Shown here: piece by piece, positions 37,400 to 51,200 of the stretch | Position numbering within the stretch: position 1 is the first letter of the stretch | Layout: each line of letters opens with the position of its first letter | NCBI RefSeq assembly: GCF_018350175.1 | Contig: NC_058368.1 | Coordinates: 232,564,001-232,628,000, forward strand | Length of the DNA stretch: 64,000 nt | Direction of reading: 5' to 3' | Source of the DNA: Felis catus | Taxonomy: Eukaryota | The notes under the pieces: generated by a model | Database searches by the model: none | What the model was told of the DNA's origin: nothing | Seen by the model: the letters and a program-made list of their open reading frames with translations, nothing else | Made by a program: the position numbers and the translations under genes

Positions 37400-37910
37400 G
37401 CCGATGTGAAGACCGGCTAGTACCCAGACGGCCCCAGCAGTGCTCAGGGGTCCGGGTACCCAGGACGCACACGGTCCCCTGTCCTCCCCTCTGCTAGGTG
37501 TGGCCTCGCCGCTAAGACAGAAGCCACCGGAAGCAACAGGAAATGGAAAGTAGCACGTGACCTAGAAGCGGGAGGCACTAGGGCAACTCCATGCTCCAGA
37601 AATTTGCAAAAGGGAGGGGACTAAGACGGGATGAAACGAAAGGCCTTTCAAAAGGGGGACAATCTTCAGTGTGTAATATTTGCTTTAACTCGCCAAGAAT
37701 GTCGGGAGCCCATTTTCAGGTGACTGGGTCGGGGTACCATAGGCCGCACTAAGGCCAAGAAGCATCCCAACCTCAGCTTGGAGACTGGATGCAGGGTCGC
37801 TGGAGAGAGCCGGAAAAAGAGGGGAGGACGGGAAAATAAAGCTGCCGGAGGTCGGTGCCTACTTGGTGTAGCTCTACTGAGCCCTCCCAGTAATACTTGA
37901 AGGTAGGCAA
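37400..37910. promoter_or_regulatory. Candidate promoter or enhancer
   Basis: Non-repeat sequence with locally raised GC and CpG. ETS sites ACCGGAAG (37526-37533) and CAGGAAAT (37537-37544); USF/MITF-type E-box CACGTGACC (37554-37562). Confidence 0.5.
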
Positions 37911-38281
37911 CTTTATGTAAAAGTTCTTTTTAACTGGTGGGAAGCAAAATTCCTTAAGTTTATCTCTGATTCACTCATTTCCCAGAATGGATTTAGGAAG
38001 GGAAAGCAAAACACGGTCTTTTTTTTTTTTTTTGTAACAGAAAATTGAGTTTTTGCAAAATATTTATACCTCAATAGATCCAAGGTGATTTAAACAAATT
38101 CAGTGGAAACTTAAAGAGAGTAGTAGTTTTGAGACTAGTGCTGGAAAGAACACCAGCCTTCCATCCACTGAGCTGGGCAGTGATGGTTTTAGATCCAGAT
38201 GCTAGCTCTTGATGGAAGCCAGTGTAACTAATGGCCCCTTAATTTGGTTTTGAGGCAATCCTACGGAGGTACCCAAGTTTT

Positions 38282-38516
38282 TCTTATTATTTATTTATTT
38301 ATTTATTTATTTATTATTTTTATTTGTTTTTGAGAGAGAGAGAGACAGAGCATGAGCAGGGGAGGGGCAGAGAGAAAGGGAGACACAGAATCTGAAGCAG
38401 GCTCCAGGCTCCAGCTGTCAGCCCAGAGCCCGACGCGGGGCTCGAACTCACGGACCGTGAGATCATGACCTGAGCTGAAGTCAGACGCTTAACTGACTGA
38501 GCCACCCAGGGGCCCC
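38282..38516 (-). mobile_element. CanSINE with TSD
   Basis: TSD GAGGTACCCAAGTTTT at 38266-38281 and 38519-38534. Confidence 0.96.
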
Positions 38517-39361
38517 ATGAGGTACCCAAGTTTTAAAACAAGTTCAATATTTCAACAGGTTCAGAAATGGGTTGCTATTAATAAAATAATGGATTCCGGT
38601 AAATATGTGGGTAATACATAAAAAAGTGTTATTTTACTGTGGACTTCTGGAAATATTGTTCTCTTTCTTACTCACCAGACCATGAGTGGCCCTAATAGTG
38701 GCAATATTTGGCTACAAGATACAGTTATTTTGGAAAACTCAGGGCCCTATATGTTATTTTCATATCCCCCAAAGCATCGTAACAACCCTGACAAAGAACA
38801 CAAAAGAAGTCAATAGAAACTGTGTAACGACATAGGATACAAGGCTCACCCCCAAGCTAATCAGGCAAATTTAACTGGTGGGTTGCAAAGTTGAGAAAAA
38901 GTAGCTTTCACCTCTACATTCTACACAGACACGTGTTATTCATATACGCATGACCAAGCCTATATTTAAGGTCATTTATTCCTATAACCTGGCTATTTGT
39001 GATTTCCAATTGCTGTGAAATTGTCACTGACTATTCCCTCCCTCCTGTTCTAAGAAATCTATATATTAACATCAGTTTTTATAAAGCTAAGTGACCTCCT
39101 GAAACTAACTAAATCTCTATTTCTCTTTTAGAAGTTAAATAGATGAGCATAAAGACTTATATTCCCAACATCTAGAATATTTTTGGCATGTTGGCTTCTA
39201 TTTTCCTTTGTTTAATATAATCAATTATTGAAGTGATCTGTGATCGCTGTTGAACAATCTCATTCCATAGCGATAATGTCTCTAGCTTCGTAAATGCTAT
39301 ATAATTTAGTGTTAATGTTAATTTTATTTTCTTTGTTTTTTAAGATATGTGAATATATTCT

Positions 39362-39583
39362 TTTTTAAAAAAATGTTTAATCTTTATTTTTGAGAGAGAG
39401 AGAGACAGGGACAGAGTGGGAACTGGGGAGGAATAGAGAGAGAGGGAGACAAGAATCGGAAGCAGGCTCCAGGCTCTGAGCTGTCAGCACAGAGCCCGAC
39501 ATGGGGCTTGAAAACTCACGAACTGTGAGTTCATGCCCTGAGCTGAAGTTGGACGCTTAACCAAGTGAGCCACCCAGGCGCCC
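39362..39583 (-). mobile_element. CanSINE with TSD
   Basis: Flanking repeat ATGTGAATATATTCT. Confidence 0.95.
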
Positions 39584-42221
39584 GTATCATGTGAATATAT
39601 TCTAATGCCATCTTGAAATGAATTTATAATTCATCCTTTTGTGATTCCTCCATCTCTGAAACATTTATTGTGCTTTATCCCTAACTGAATGGATTTCTTT
39701 GTTAAGTTAGTGTTGCCTTTCCAAGGGTTTCTAGAATAACGCTTCCTGAGCTATTACAGGCTTGGCCCTACAAAGTGTCCTCAAGTCACACACACTCAGG
39801 ACTTTATAGATTTTGCCCCTAGACCAATGTTGAAATCTAGACAATGAGACCAGCCTAATGGTCTCCCTAGATGCATCAATAATTTTTTCCTTGAACTTTA
39901 ATCGCTTAACTTGAATATGTGCCAGTGTTCAGTGTGTTACATCAAGAAACCATGATGGTATTAACTGGCCTATTGATTCAGTATTTCAGACTTTCTAGAG
40001 AAAATTAATATATCTTTAAGTATAGCTCTGTTTCATTTTCTGGGATTCATAATTTAGAAATAACAAATACCTTAGATTTTCCTTATTATTCACATTCTGA
40101 GTTTGTTTTCCTATATGTTTATAGGAAATACGTTCCTATATTATCACAAATCTTCCCTCTAGGTTAATAATTTTATATTTCATAAGATTGTCCTGTTCCT
40201 TGGTCTCATTCATTATTCAGCCTATCATCCCGGTGTTTGAAATCTAATTTTATTTTTCCCTTTGGAAATCTCCCTTTGCATTTCATTTTGCTATTATCTT
40301 ATTTAAGCTCCTTTTAATATAAATGATTTTACTGAATTTCATATTTGGAAACGATTACGAGCGTTTGCCTTCTAAGTCTGAGTTCAGTTTCCTTCTAAGT
40401 GGTTCCCTCCTATTCTCCATGATGTCCATTTTCCAGTGCCCTCTATTTGCAATTTCAGCAGTCTATCCTGTTCATGATGATTGAAACTGGGCAGACCCAA
40501 TCCTAATGGTTCTCTTGAGGTGTTGTGCTGACTTCACGACTCTTCGCATCCTACAGCACATGTGTATGTAGCCTGAGGAGAGACTGGGATACTGGAGATG
40601 AGGGAGCCCACTGTGATGGTCTCCTCTTCTCTTAGATCCCCCAGCCTTGGTCATGAGTTTGTTACATATCCTAGATTCGGGTCATCACCATACATTATGC
40701 TGTGTTTGTGACCAAATGTGTATGTGTCCATGGGTCATACCTTGATATTTCAGATCATTTCCCAATTCACCATGGAGCCTTGGAGTCTCAAATCAGAGGA
40801 GAGCGGCCTTGTCCACTTTCCTCAATTTCACCCATTTCCTCCCCAGAACAGGAAAAGGTTAATCGCAAACCTTCAATTTGATTATTCCCAAGTGTGAGTT
40901 ATTGGTGAGCCCTGCAGGGATTAATAAACTCACAGTACAGGTCCGTGGTACAAATGGGACACACCCGTGTTGTATTATCTGCACCTCACCAGAATGTTTT
41001 CCTTTCCTTAGTCATACTTTAAAAAAGTTATTATCATCGACATGAGGTTATGTCCCTTCTCTCGTTCAGCTGCTGCAGGTGATATTTTTTTTCTCATTAA
41101 CCTTATCTCACTTCAGAGACATCCTTCAGAAATAGCCCAACACAGAGAAGGAACCATAAACCTCGTCTTAAGGATTAATAATACATACTCGGAAATAAGG
41201 CAAGGCTCAGTAAAAGCAAACGCGTCTGCAGAGATAGATTTATGCCTAATAGAATCCCCTTTTTATACAATCATGAAAACTCATTGAAGAGAGCCTTCAA
41301 ACTTCAATATTCCCAATATTCTTTAAGATGAAAATTGCTATTTCAGTAAAGGTGAAGTCTTATGCCTCAGTCTCAAATAGGTTCTGTAAACCTGGAGTGT
41401 CTTATTGTGATGATACATGTTATTAACTGGTGGCTAAAAAGAATGGAAACTTATGCCAATATAAGCAGCCGTACAGGGATTTTGTTACAGTTCAGGAGTC
41501 AGCAGGAATGCCATTTTGTCTGACTTCCACACCATTATGCACGTAGGAAGGAAAACCCATGAAGCAGAGCAGAAAGGCCACAGGGGATCCACACGATATG
41601 CATCTTAATATGCAAGGCATAAATCATGAACTACAAGGTGCAAGTTTATATTCACGCATCCGCCTGTCGGGATTGTTTGTAATGACTGGTAACCATGAAA
41701 GGTACGTTGCTGGTGACCATGAGAAACATAAACACATGCCCCATTTTGGGTTCTGAGCTGATCTTATGAAAGGAAGAGGATAAGTTATGCCTTGGCTCAC
41801 CACCCAACTAAGACACTGTCACCACTTGAAGCTTTGAAGACTATCTTTCATGAGACAACATAATCATGTCCAAAGAAAATCTATGCTCTGGACAATATTC
41901 CTAAAACACGTAGGCAGAGGGATCTCAGGGCTCTGGGATCTTGGCTGATAAATTGAGAGACAGTGGGTATAAACCCACTGGACTCAATGTTTCTAATTTT
42001 TCATGGGAAAATTACTATACATAGTACTTTATCAATGGATTTTGTGGTTTGAGCTGATTATAAAATGTGTACCATTCCCAACTCCATTGGGTGGAGAATC
42101 TCCAACATTTAACATTGAGGGCACTTGGTAATCTGAGCTGAGTCTTAAAATAACACAACAATATGGATAAGTTTTCTACTTGTTCTTTCACTCAACATAG
42201 GTCATTACACTTAAGAACAGT

Positions 42222-42410
42222 AACAGCATACTATGAAGACTTTGGGCCCTGGGTGTAGATGTACTGGGTTCAAATTCCAGGCCTGCCTGTTATTAGTAGT
42301 ACGAGATCCACAGCAAGCCAGTGGACATGTCTGCTCTTAGCTCTCTCCTCTGTAGGTGATTTAATGTAACACTCTGATCCATGTCTGGTTCATAGTAACA
42401 TTCAAATGTA
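42222..42410 (+). mobile_element. MIR fragment
   Basis: CTGGGTTCAAATTCCAGGC B-box region and a GTCTGGTTCATAGTAACATTCAAATG tail. Confidence 0.6.
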
Positions 42411-42535
42411 TCTACTTTTCCGTGTGTCCGCATGTGACAGGACCCATTGTGAGCAATGGGGTTCTATTAACAAAAACACAGTTCTTGTCTCCGTGAAATT
42501 TAATTTCAGTGGATTAGAGAGACCACAAATAATTT

Positions 42536-42770
42536 CTTCTTATGTTCTTTTCTTTTATTTTTTTTACATTTTATTTATTTTTGAGAGAGAGAGAGAGACA
42601 GAGCACAAGTAGGGGAGAGGCAGAGAGACAGGGAGACACAGATTCCAAAGCAGGCTCTAGGCTCTGAGCTGTCAGCACAGAGCCCAACACGGGGCTCAAA
42701 CCCACAAACTGTGAGATCATGACCTGAGCTGAAGTCGGACACTGAACTGGCTGAGCCACCCAGGCGCCCC
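42536..42770 (-). mobile_element. CanSINE with TSD
   Basis: Flanking repeat AGACCACAAATAATTT. Confidence 0.95.
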
Positions 42771-42816
42771 TAGACCACAAATAATTTTTCAAAGTAAACA
42801 ATATGACTGTGATTGG

Positions 42817-42847
42817 AAAAAAAGGAGAAGAAGAAGGAGAAGGAGAA

Positions 42848-42892
<45 letters not shown>

Positions 42893-42900
42893 AAAGAAAA
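42817..42900. repeat. Polypurine (GAA/GGA/GAAA)n tract
   Basis: Seen directly. Confidence 0.95.
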
Positions 42901-42949
42901 ACATAAAAAAAAAATTCAGGCAATGCAACAGCAACTTGGATGTAGAAAT

Positions 42950-44320
42950 GTGGCTGTAAGGGTCCTGCCCTCAACTGGATTATTTAGAAGACCTCTCTTC
43001 AAGGCCATGATCGGCCGGAGAACTGAATGATGGCCAGAGTCCCCTGTGTAGAGCTGGAAGGGTAAATGCTCTCAGGCAGCAAGAATTAGAGGAGTGAGGG
43101 GTGCCTGGGTGGCGCAGTCGGTTAAGCATCTGACTTCAGCCAGGTCACGATCTCGCGGTCTGTGAGTTCAAGCCCCGCGTCGGGCTCTGGGCTGATGGCT
43201 CAGAGCCTGGAGCCTGTTTCCGATTCTGTGTCTCCCTCTCTCTCTGCCCCTCGCCCGTTCATGCTCTGTCTCTCTCTCTGTCCCAAAAATAAATAAACGT
43301 TGAAAAAAAATTAAAAAAAAAAAAAGAATTAGAGGAGTGAACACCACCCAACAGTGCACTGATGGGCCATGTGTGCCCGGAACCTAACATCAGCAGAGAC
43401 CTAAATGAACAAAGGTCAGAACACCAGACAGTGGCCAACTGATACAGACCCATAACTTTCATGGTAGAGACTTTGTCGATCCTTCTAAATGTGATTGGAA
43501 GCCCCGGTGGGCTTCGAAACTGGAGAATGATATAATCTGATGATCATTTTTGAAGGTCATTCTGGGCACTGCATGAAGGGGAAATCACAGAGGAGGCAGG
43601 TGTGGAAGCCTGACTACGAATCAGGAGTCTGGGTTGGAGAGAACTGACCAGAGAGACAGCCGGGGAGAAGGCAGAAAGATGGATGGTTCAGGACGTAATG
43701 AATGAGAGAGGCTGCCCATGGGTTAGAAGTGGAGTCAGGAAAGAGGAACCAAGCTTGGAGTCTGAGAATTTACCCCGATTCTAGTAGTTTAGATGGATGT
43801 AGCAAGAGCTGTGTATGGGAAATGTTAAATATGATGGTCTTATCTGACATCGGAGGAGAGCTATCAGGTACGCAGTTGTCTGTGAAACACCGGGGATCCA
43901 GAGAAAGTTGCGGCTGTAGATACTGATTTGTGAGTCACGGGCATAAGATGGATTTAAACCATGGCACTGAGAAAGCAAACAGAGAAGCGAAGACAGAAGA
44001 GAGAACACGGGCCCCAGGCAGGTTTGGAAGAGGGACACAGCCAGCAGGTGAGACTGGGAGGACACAGATACGGATGTGGGGTTGGACCACACACACATAC
44101 CAGGAAAGTGTTATGTGGCAGAAATGCAAGAGAAGAAAATATTTTGGGAAGGAGGTCTGCCGTGTCAACAAACAAACAAACAAACAAACAAAACAACCCC
44201 CCCCAAAACAAAACAAAACAAAACACTGAAGATGAAGACAGAGAAGAAGCCATTGAATGTGAAAATATGGAGGTCATTTGAAATGCTGATAAGGACGGTC
44301 CTGGACGGAAGAAAGCATGT
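42950..44320 (-). mobile_element. Degenerate L2 fragment
   Basis: Purine-rich antisense L2 motifs TGTGATTGGAAGCC, GAATGATATAATCTGA, GAAGGTCATTCTGG, GAGGTCATTTG. Confidence 0.7.
43098..43323 (+). mobile_element. Young SINEC_Fc with TSD
   Basis: Perfect 17-bp TSD AAGAATTAGAGGAGTGA at 43081-43097 and 43324-43340. Confidence 0.98.
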
Positions 44321-44602
44321 GCCTCTGTCACATCACACGTGGCAATGCCTGAATTGCCATTCTCATTTTACCTACATTTTATCTTCATCAAGTCATTAAC
44401 TGCTACAAATGTCACAAGTATTACTGGATTTGTCCTCATCTAAATGGGCCCAAATCTTACATGTATGTAACCTGCTTGTCCTCATCGGTATAGAATTGAA
44501 TGTATGCTATCGATTATAAACCTCAGGATAAGATACACTGTCGCCTATCAGTCCATCCATGGATAGCCTTATTTTATGTCCCTTCATCCGCACCTTAATT
44601 TT

Positions 44603-44789
44603 TTGAAGCTTATTTATTTATTTTGAGAGAGAGAGTGCAGGGGAGAGGCGGGGGGGGGGGGGGGGAGAATCTGAAGCCGGCTCCGTGTTGTTATCACTGT
44701 CAGCAGGGGCTCAATCCCATGATCCCAGGATCATGACTTGAGAGAATCAAGAGTCGGACACTCAACTGACTGAGCCACGCAGGCACCCC
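44603..44789 (-). mobile_element. Older CanSINE with an internal poly-G run
   Basis: Flanking GCA(C/T)CTTAATTTT; G-run at about 44650-44665. Confidence 0.88.
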
Positions 44790-44962
44790 TGCATCTTAAT
44801 TTTATTTTCCTTTCTACAGGGACAGCAACTCGAGTATATTTAATCCGAATCTACTTCCCATTTACTATGTACTTATATATAAACAACCAGCATTCCTATA
44901 AAAGGTTTATATAAGAAGTCTTCATAAAAGAAAAATAAATGAATATAAATCTAATTTACTAC

Positions 44963-45341
44963 GTTCTATGGATGGAATTTTGTCCCCCCACCCAAATTCC
45001 TGCTTAGCCCCAACTCTCAATGTGATCATTGGTTTTCCTGAAGCAATCAAGGTGAAATGAAGTCATAATAGTGGGGTCCTAACCGTAGAGGGTTGGCCTT
45101 CTAAGAAGAGGAAGAGAGATCTTTCCTTCTTCACACTCATCCGTGGAAGAAAGGCCATTCGAGCACACAGCAAGGTGATGGCCATCCACAAACTAGGAAG
45201 AGAGCTCTCATAAGAACCTGACCTTGCGGGCACCCTGATCTCAGACTTGCAGCCTTCAGAACAGCAAGAAAATAAATGTCTGTGGTTTAGAGCCACCCCA
45301 TCTATGGTATTTTGTTAGGTCAACCCAAGCAGACTAAGATA
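44963..45341 (+). mobile_element. Near full-length MLT1A/B-like solo LTR
   Basis: CTATGGATGGAATTTTGTCCCCC...CACCCTGATCTCAGACTT...AAATAAATGTCTGT...GCAGACTAAGATA. Confidence 0.85.
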
Positions 45342-45910
45342 CTAATGTGTATGTAAGTAATGAGCAAAATGTGCTGTTGTTCATGGATATTATATAAATG
45401 TAGAATCTCATAGAATTTTTCATTCTAAATTTGCTTCTGAGGTAAAGCTATATTGATATGTAGATAACATACCATTTTGGACTATTCTATGATCTCTCAA
45501 GATACTTCTATACCACAATTTATTTGTTCATTACTTTGATAGATCTAGACTTTTTTGTTTTTCATTATTAGACACAATGATGAAATTAGCATTCTTTAGA
45601 AGTCCTTTTGAACTTGTGTAAGATTTCCACTGGGAAGGTGAACAGGTAGATGCCCAGCTTTGACTGGGGGAGTCACACTGCTATAGACCAGATATTCTTT
45701 ATCACTCCTTTTCATTCCACTCTGTTTACGAATTATTCACTGAGAGCTCCTCTTGAATATACACCTTGGTGGTAGAACCACTGGGCTCTGAGTTAAACAT
45801 ACCCCCCGTTGATTACATGCTTGAACTTTTCTTCAAGATTGCTGCGTTACTTTAGGCCCCTGCTAAAACTTTGTTTTCCATGTTGCCAGTGAAGTTTGTA
45901 TCTAACTTTT

Positions 45911-46298
45911 TTTCTTTTTGGTTTTAGAATTGTCTTTGTTTTTAAATTTTTTAATATGAAATGTTTTGTCAAATTGGTTTCCATATAACACCCAGTGCTC
46001 ATCCCAACAGGTGCCCTCCTCCATGCCCATCACCCACCCACCCCTCCCTCCCACCCCCCATCAACCCTGAGTTTATTCTCAGTTTTTAAGAGTCTCTTAT
46101 GGTTTGACTCCCTCCCTCTCTAACTTTTTTTTCCCTTCCCCTCCCCCACAATCTTCTGTTAAGTTTCTCAGGATCCACATAAGAGTGAAAACATATGGTA
46201 CCTATCTTTCTCCGGATGACTTATTTCACTTAGCATAACACTCTCCAGTTCCAGCCACGTGGCTACCAAAGGCCATATTTCATTCTTTCTCATTGCCA
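45911..46298 (-). mobile_element. Felid L1 (L1_Fc-like) 3' end with TSD
   Basis: GTCAAATTGGTTTCCAT...CCCAGTGCTCATCCC...TTATTTCACTTAGCATAA; flanking TGT(A/G)TCTAACTTTT. Confidence 0.92.
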
Positions 46299-46853
46299 AT
46301 GTGTCTAACTTTTTAAGACTTCAGCAATGGGAGACCTAACGGGCTATATTTATCTTCTCATTAATAAGCACATAAGCATACTTACCAAGTAAATCAGATT
46401 TTTCAAAAGATGTGTCATGTTATCTTTTCAGATTCATTGACAGTTTATCGACTGGGTCATGTTGCTCTATCCCTGTTGATTTCAGGAGGTACTAAGACAT
46501 TTTATATAACAGTTATTTGTCAGTTGTATAACACATATGAATCCCTGGTTGATCACTTGCCTCCTTTTGTCTTTAATTATGCTGTTACTTTTCAGTTATC
46601 ATGTAGCTGGATCTATAAAGGTTTCCATTTTGTAGATATTTATACTTAATACCATTAGTGAGTAACATACAACATAAGGATGAGAACAAAAAAGGCAAAT
46701 ATTGTATCATTCTTTGCAGGAGATACTGAAATATGCATATAAAACTGAGAAGAATCAATGGAAAGGTTCATGATAAAATATGAGTACAAGGTGACTGTGA
46801 AGATCAAAAATCTAAGAAGATGAAGAAAATGTAATTAGAAAACACGAAAAAGT

Positions 46854-47069
46854 GGGGCGCCCGGGGGCTCAGTTGGTTGAGCGTCCGACTTCGGCTCAGG
46901 TCATGATCTCGCGGTCCGCGAGTTTGAGCCCCGCGTCAGGCTCTGTGCTGACAGCTCAGAGCCTGGATCCTGTTTCAGCTTCTGTGTCTCCTTCTCTCTG
47001 TGACCCTCCCCCATTCATGCTCTGTCTCTCTCTGTCTCAAAAATAGATAAATGTTAAAAAAAATTTTTT
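46854..47069 (+). mobile_element. CanSINE with TSD
   Basis: Flanking AAAACAC(G/A)AAAAAG. Confidence 0.96.
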
Positions 47070-47985
47070 AAAAACACAAAAAAGATACTAGTTGCACAAA
47101 CATTAGATTATCACATGGCCAGAAATTACCCGTGGTATACTGGCTCCCCAGAGAATATATTTTAAATCAATTAGTGAAATAAAAGAGGAAATAAAAGGGG
47201 CAAGGGCAAACATTAAGATATCAATCCTTCCCAAACTAAACAAGAAAATTTAACATGACTCTGGATGAGTCACATTTGGGGATGGGGGAATGAGCAGCTT
47301 TTAAAACTTATGACAGTACAGATCTCTCTGTATTCATAGACCAATCCTGAAAAAGAAGAAGAAGACATATCCTTCTATGTAAAAGATATTACAAAGCCAG
47401 GGGCTGGCACTCCCAAAGATATAGGTAAATAGGCCAATATGAAAGGCGAGGAGAATTGGACCTGGATTGTGACCCACGGCTGTCTAGAGCCTATACACCA
47501 TGAATTGAGATCACCAGGTTGGGAAAACTTGCTAATCGTATGAAGAAAATAAAATTAGATTAATCCTTCAATCTAAAGCTGTTAGAAAACCCTTCAGATA
47601 GAATATGTTGAATGAATATAAACGGCAAAGCTGTGGAATACTTGTGAAAAAATATAGGATGATATTTTAAAAAATCTTTCCCCATCTGAAAGTCATAAAC
47701 AAGTTACAAATCTCAGAACATAGAGAAATTGGCTGATAGTAAAAATGTTATTTATCTTGTCACTTCACTGAGAATAAAGCTTTAAAGGTATCATATTTTT
47801 TACCAGATTAAGTAAAAAAAATTAGCCTATTCCTACTGAATGAACTAACGTCAAAACAAGCCATCAAGTCCACTCTGGACTCCTTGACCTTGTGTGGGGT
47901 CAGTCCACAGCGACTAGTAGATACCTTGTGCTCACCCAGCATTTATCATATCTCATGGACCTTAACGAGTTCTCTCTCCTACCAG

Positions 47986-48202
47986 ACGGTGCTTCTTAAC
48001 CACGATTTGACCTCCCAGGGGATATTCGGCATGCTCTGAAGACAAGTTTGGCTGTCACAACTGTGAGAGAAGATTCTACTGGCCTCCAGGGGGTGGAGGC
48101 TAGGGATGATGTTGAACATCCTACAGTGCACAGGACACACCCCACCACAGCAGAGAATTACCTGGTCCCAAATATCACCAGTGGTAAGTTTGAATAATGC
48201 TG
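47986..48202 (+). mobile_element. MER20 (hAT-Charlie)
   Basis: CTCCCAGGGGATATTCGGCA...GGCTGTCACAACTG...AACATCCTACAGTGCACAGGACA...GAATTACCTGGTCCCAAAT. Confidence 0.85.
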
Positions 48203-51200
48203 AACTAAGAGCTCCTTCTGGGCACAGATCGTGGTCTCCATATTTTTATACCCAGCAGTGAACACAACATACTTGAACCCAACTACATTTCATTGAATAA
48301 AGTGCTAAATTAATTGACTTAGTACTGCTAATAAACCTAGTATTTTCCCCTGATCCTTCACAGACCTGCTGTTATCATCATTTACATAAACTTCTTCATC
48401 AGATGTATGCATTGAAGTTTATTTCTACCTCTCCATTATCGCGTCCTAGTGAGACTATCACACTATGAAGCTATTCATATGATCATTCTAAAAAATGACA
48501 AGGGAACTATTTTGAAATAAAGGTGATTTAAGGGTGCAACCTTGAGACAATATTCCACAAACACAACTTTAACAACCTTAAAAACACCTCATAAAAGAGA
48601 TGAAATCAAGACATCCTTAAAGGAAGAGCCTTTAGCTATCCCCCAGATTTACTGACACATGAAGACCTTCTAATAATTCCTTTATCAGGAATTATTCTTC
48701 AGAATTTCACCTATCTTCAATAGAAGAGATACAGAAGCAGATATTAAGTCACTTTTCTACTTAGATAGCTTATGTGGCAAGGTATCTATCCTTACAGAAG
48801 GATGACTTGTTTCAAGGTATATACTTTTGAAATACAACAGGCAGAGCAGAAGTTGATTTTTAAATCTAGAATCTCCGGGAATTTTTGTAAGCAGAGGTGT
48901 TTTCCTACAAGATTTGGTCTTGCTGTGTGGGAAGAGGGGACAACTTTTTTGATGACCTAAAAGCAACCTCCATGGCTCAATTATGCCATGATTGGTTTCC
49001 CTGGGATGAGGATGAGTACTTCAAGGCTGCGGGTTAGCCATCAACTCTTGCCACGTTCAAGAGTGCCAGTTCGTTTCCGCAGTAGCCTGTTTAGAGACCA
49101 ATAAGCATTTTATACTCTCATGAACCTCTGGGCACTTAAGTTTACCACTACCGACACCAGTCTCCTGTCTATGAAACAGAGGTGACAGATCGCGAGTCAG
49201 TTTTATTGGCGGGGACGGGGACGAGAAACACAGCCATGCCTCTAATCCCCTTGAAATACCAATTGCCTGTAGAAGTCCTCTCTCTTGCTCATTTTTCAAG
49301 GTGCGTGCCTTGGGCTGGTGAGAGATTCCAACAAAGTTTGCCCAGGCCATTTAGCGTGGATGATCTGTAGGGCCAGGCTGATGGATGGGAAGATCATTCT
49401 CGCAAATTTGGTTTCTGGGGACTTTCCTCAGCAAACTGTGTCAGCAGTTCAGCTGTCTCGCACAAAGGAGATTCATGGCCCAGGCGGGAAGAGGTGAAGA
49501 GTGCTCTGGGCAGACGAGGAAAGATCTACAGAGCACATGGAGCACATGGGGTGGGGGTGGGGTGACGGGGTCTTCAGCAAAAACATCCTGTAACACAGCC
49601 TGAGGTCCATTGTGGAGCACACACTACTCCGGTTCTACTTGTGAGACAAGGCCCCTCACGCCACTGAGCAGAAGTCAGATGGCAGGCTGTTTTATTCGAG
49701 AGAATGTGTTTATGAAAAGCTACATAGGTCAAATTCCACACCTTTTTTTATCTGGAAAGCTCAGTCCTAGGATTAGTTAAGATAAAGCCTGACACATCTT
49801 ACGGTGAATTTGTGTAATTGGAGGTCTGAGGAAAAGTGAATCCTTCCTGCCTTGTGAGGAGCTGGGAGACAGAACTAGAAAGTTCGCCTCCCTGCTCCTG
49901 GGAAGTAGGAGGCTACTGTTGCCTACGAGGGAGGTCTCAACTCTTGTGTGAACCATGAGTGGGGATCTGCATGTCTGCATTGGAGTCAAAGCACACCGGC
50001 CTCCCCTAGGGAGCCAGGCACTCCCTCACGGGCACAATCAGCCTGCACCCCCAGTCAGCAGGTGCGCTGACCATCGTCAGGAAGAAGCCCGTCCCGCAAG
50101 CCTGAGAGGAGGCCACTACTCACTTCGAGAACGGCAAACAATAGAAAATCAAGTATCATTTAAGCTGCAACCTCTCTACCAAGTAACCCCCCAGCTCAGA
50201 AGTCATTCCAAACCAAGTAATCCAGTGGACAGTTGGAATGAGGTTAACCTCACACATACTAACCAGCCGCCTCTCACGTAGGCAGTGCACGTATGTTGGA
50301 CCTGGGACAGATCCAGACTCGGCCCTTGGAGAAAGCCACAGGCCCTCTGGTCTAGGCTCTGTCTTTCCTCTCACCTCCTACACATCCCGCATCTAGGAGC
50401 ACTTCTTTAAAACTCAAAATATGCCAAGCTGTCAGGGGAAAGTCTACACAACATGGCTGGCAGAGTTAACCTTGTCGATGGTAGAATCACTCATATCAGC
50501 TAGTCCAATCTTCATGGGCGAAACAAATTTGAAACAATAACATCCCCACAAAAAAGAAAAAAAAAGAACCCACATATTTGTTTCTTCTTCCCTATGATCG
50601 TCTCGATACAGGCGAGAGACAGAGACAGCAGTTGACTTCCGGATCAGGAGGGAATTCAGTTAAAGTTAGTGTCTGCACAGGCCAGGACAGAAGGATCTGA
50701 GAGGGCATCCAGGCAGACAAAATGGGACTGCTCCTGCCTGGATGGAATGGCAGATTCCAGTAAAACATTTTTCAACTGGCAAATTGCAGAGACACAGAAA
50801 ACTTTGGAAGAGGTAAGTGCCAGATGGAGAGGGCCTTTGGGGATCTATTGCCTAGCTCCAGCCACCTGCAAAGACTCTATAGAAACTGCTTTAAAGCAGT
50901 GTCCAACCCGTGGTATACATTCCAATGAGTGGTCCAGGGAAGAAGATCAGCTTCCGACAAGAGTTCCCTTGCAGCTCCAGAGGAGCATAAAACAGCTTCA
51001 TAAAAGTTCCCCAGGGTCTCAGAAGGGCTAGCATGTTAGAAAAGAAAAAAAAGAACATACCTGCCCCTCACCATTGGGATGACAGGTGGCATTTAAAAGA
51101 TGCTACTTGGAAGGAAAGGGTGTGTAGCTTGATGAACTGTGATCTGTGGAGGCTGACAAGCCCTGGGGCAATACTTAAGGTAGCACCAACAGGATGAGTC

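Noticed and set aside
40474..40580. ATGATGA ... CTGA resembling a C/D-box snoRNA
   Set aside because: No convincing terminal stem and no recognisable rRNA or snRNA guide.
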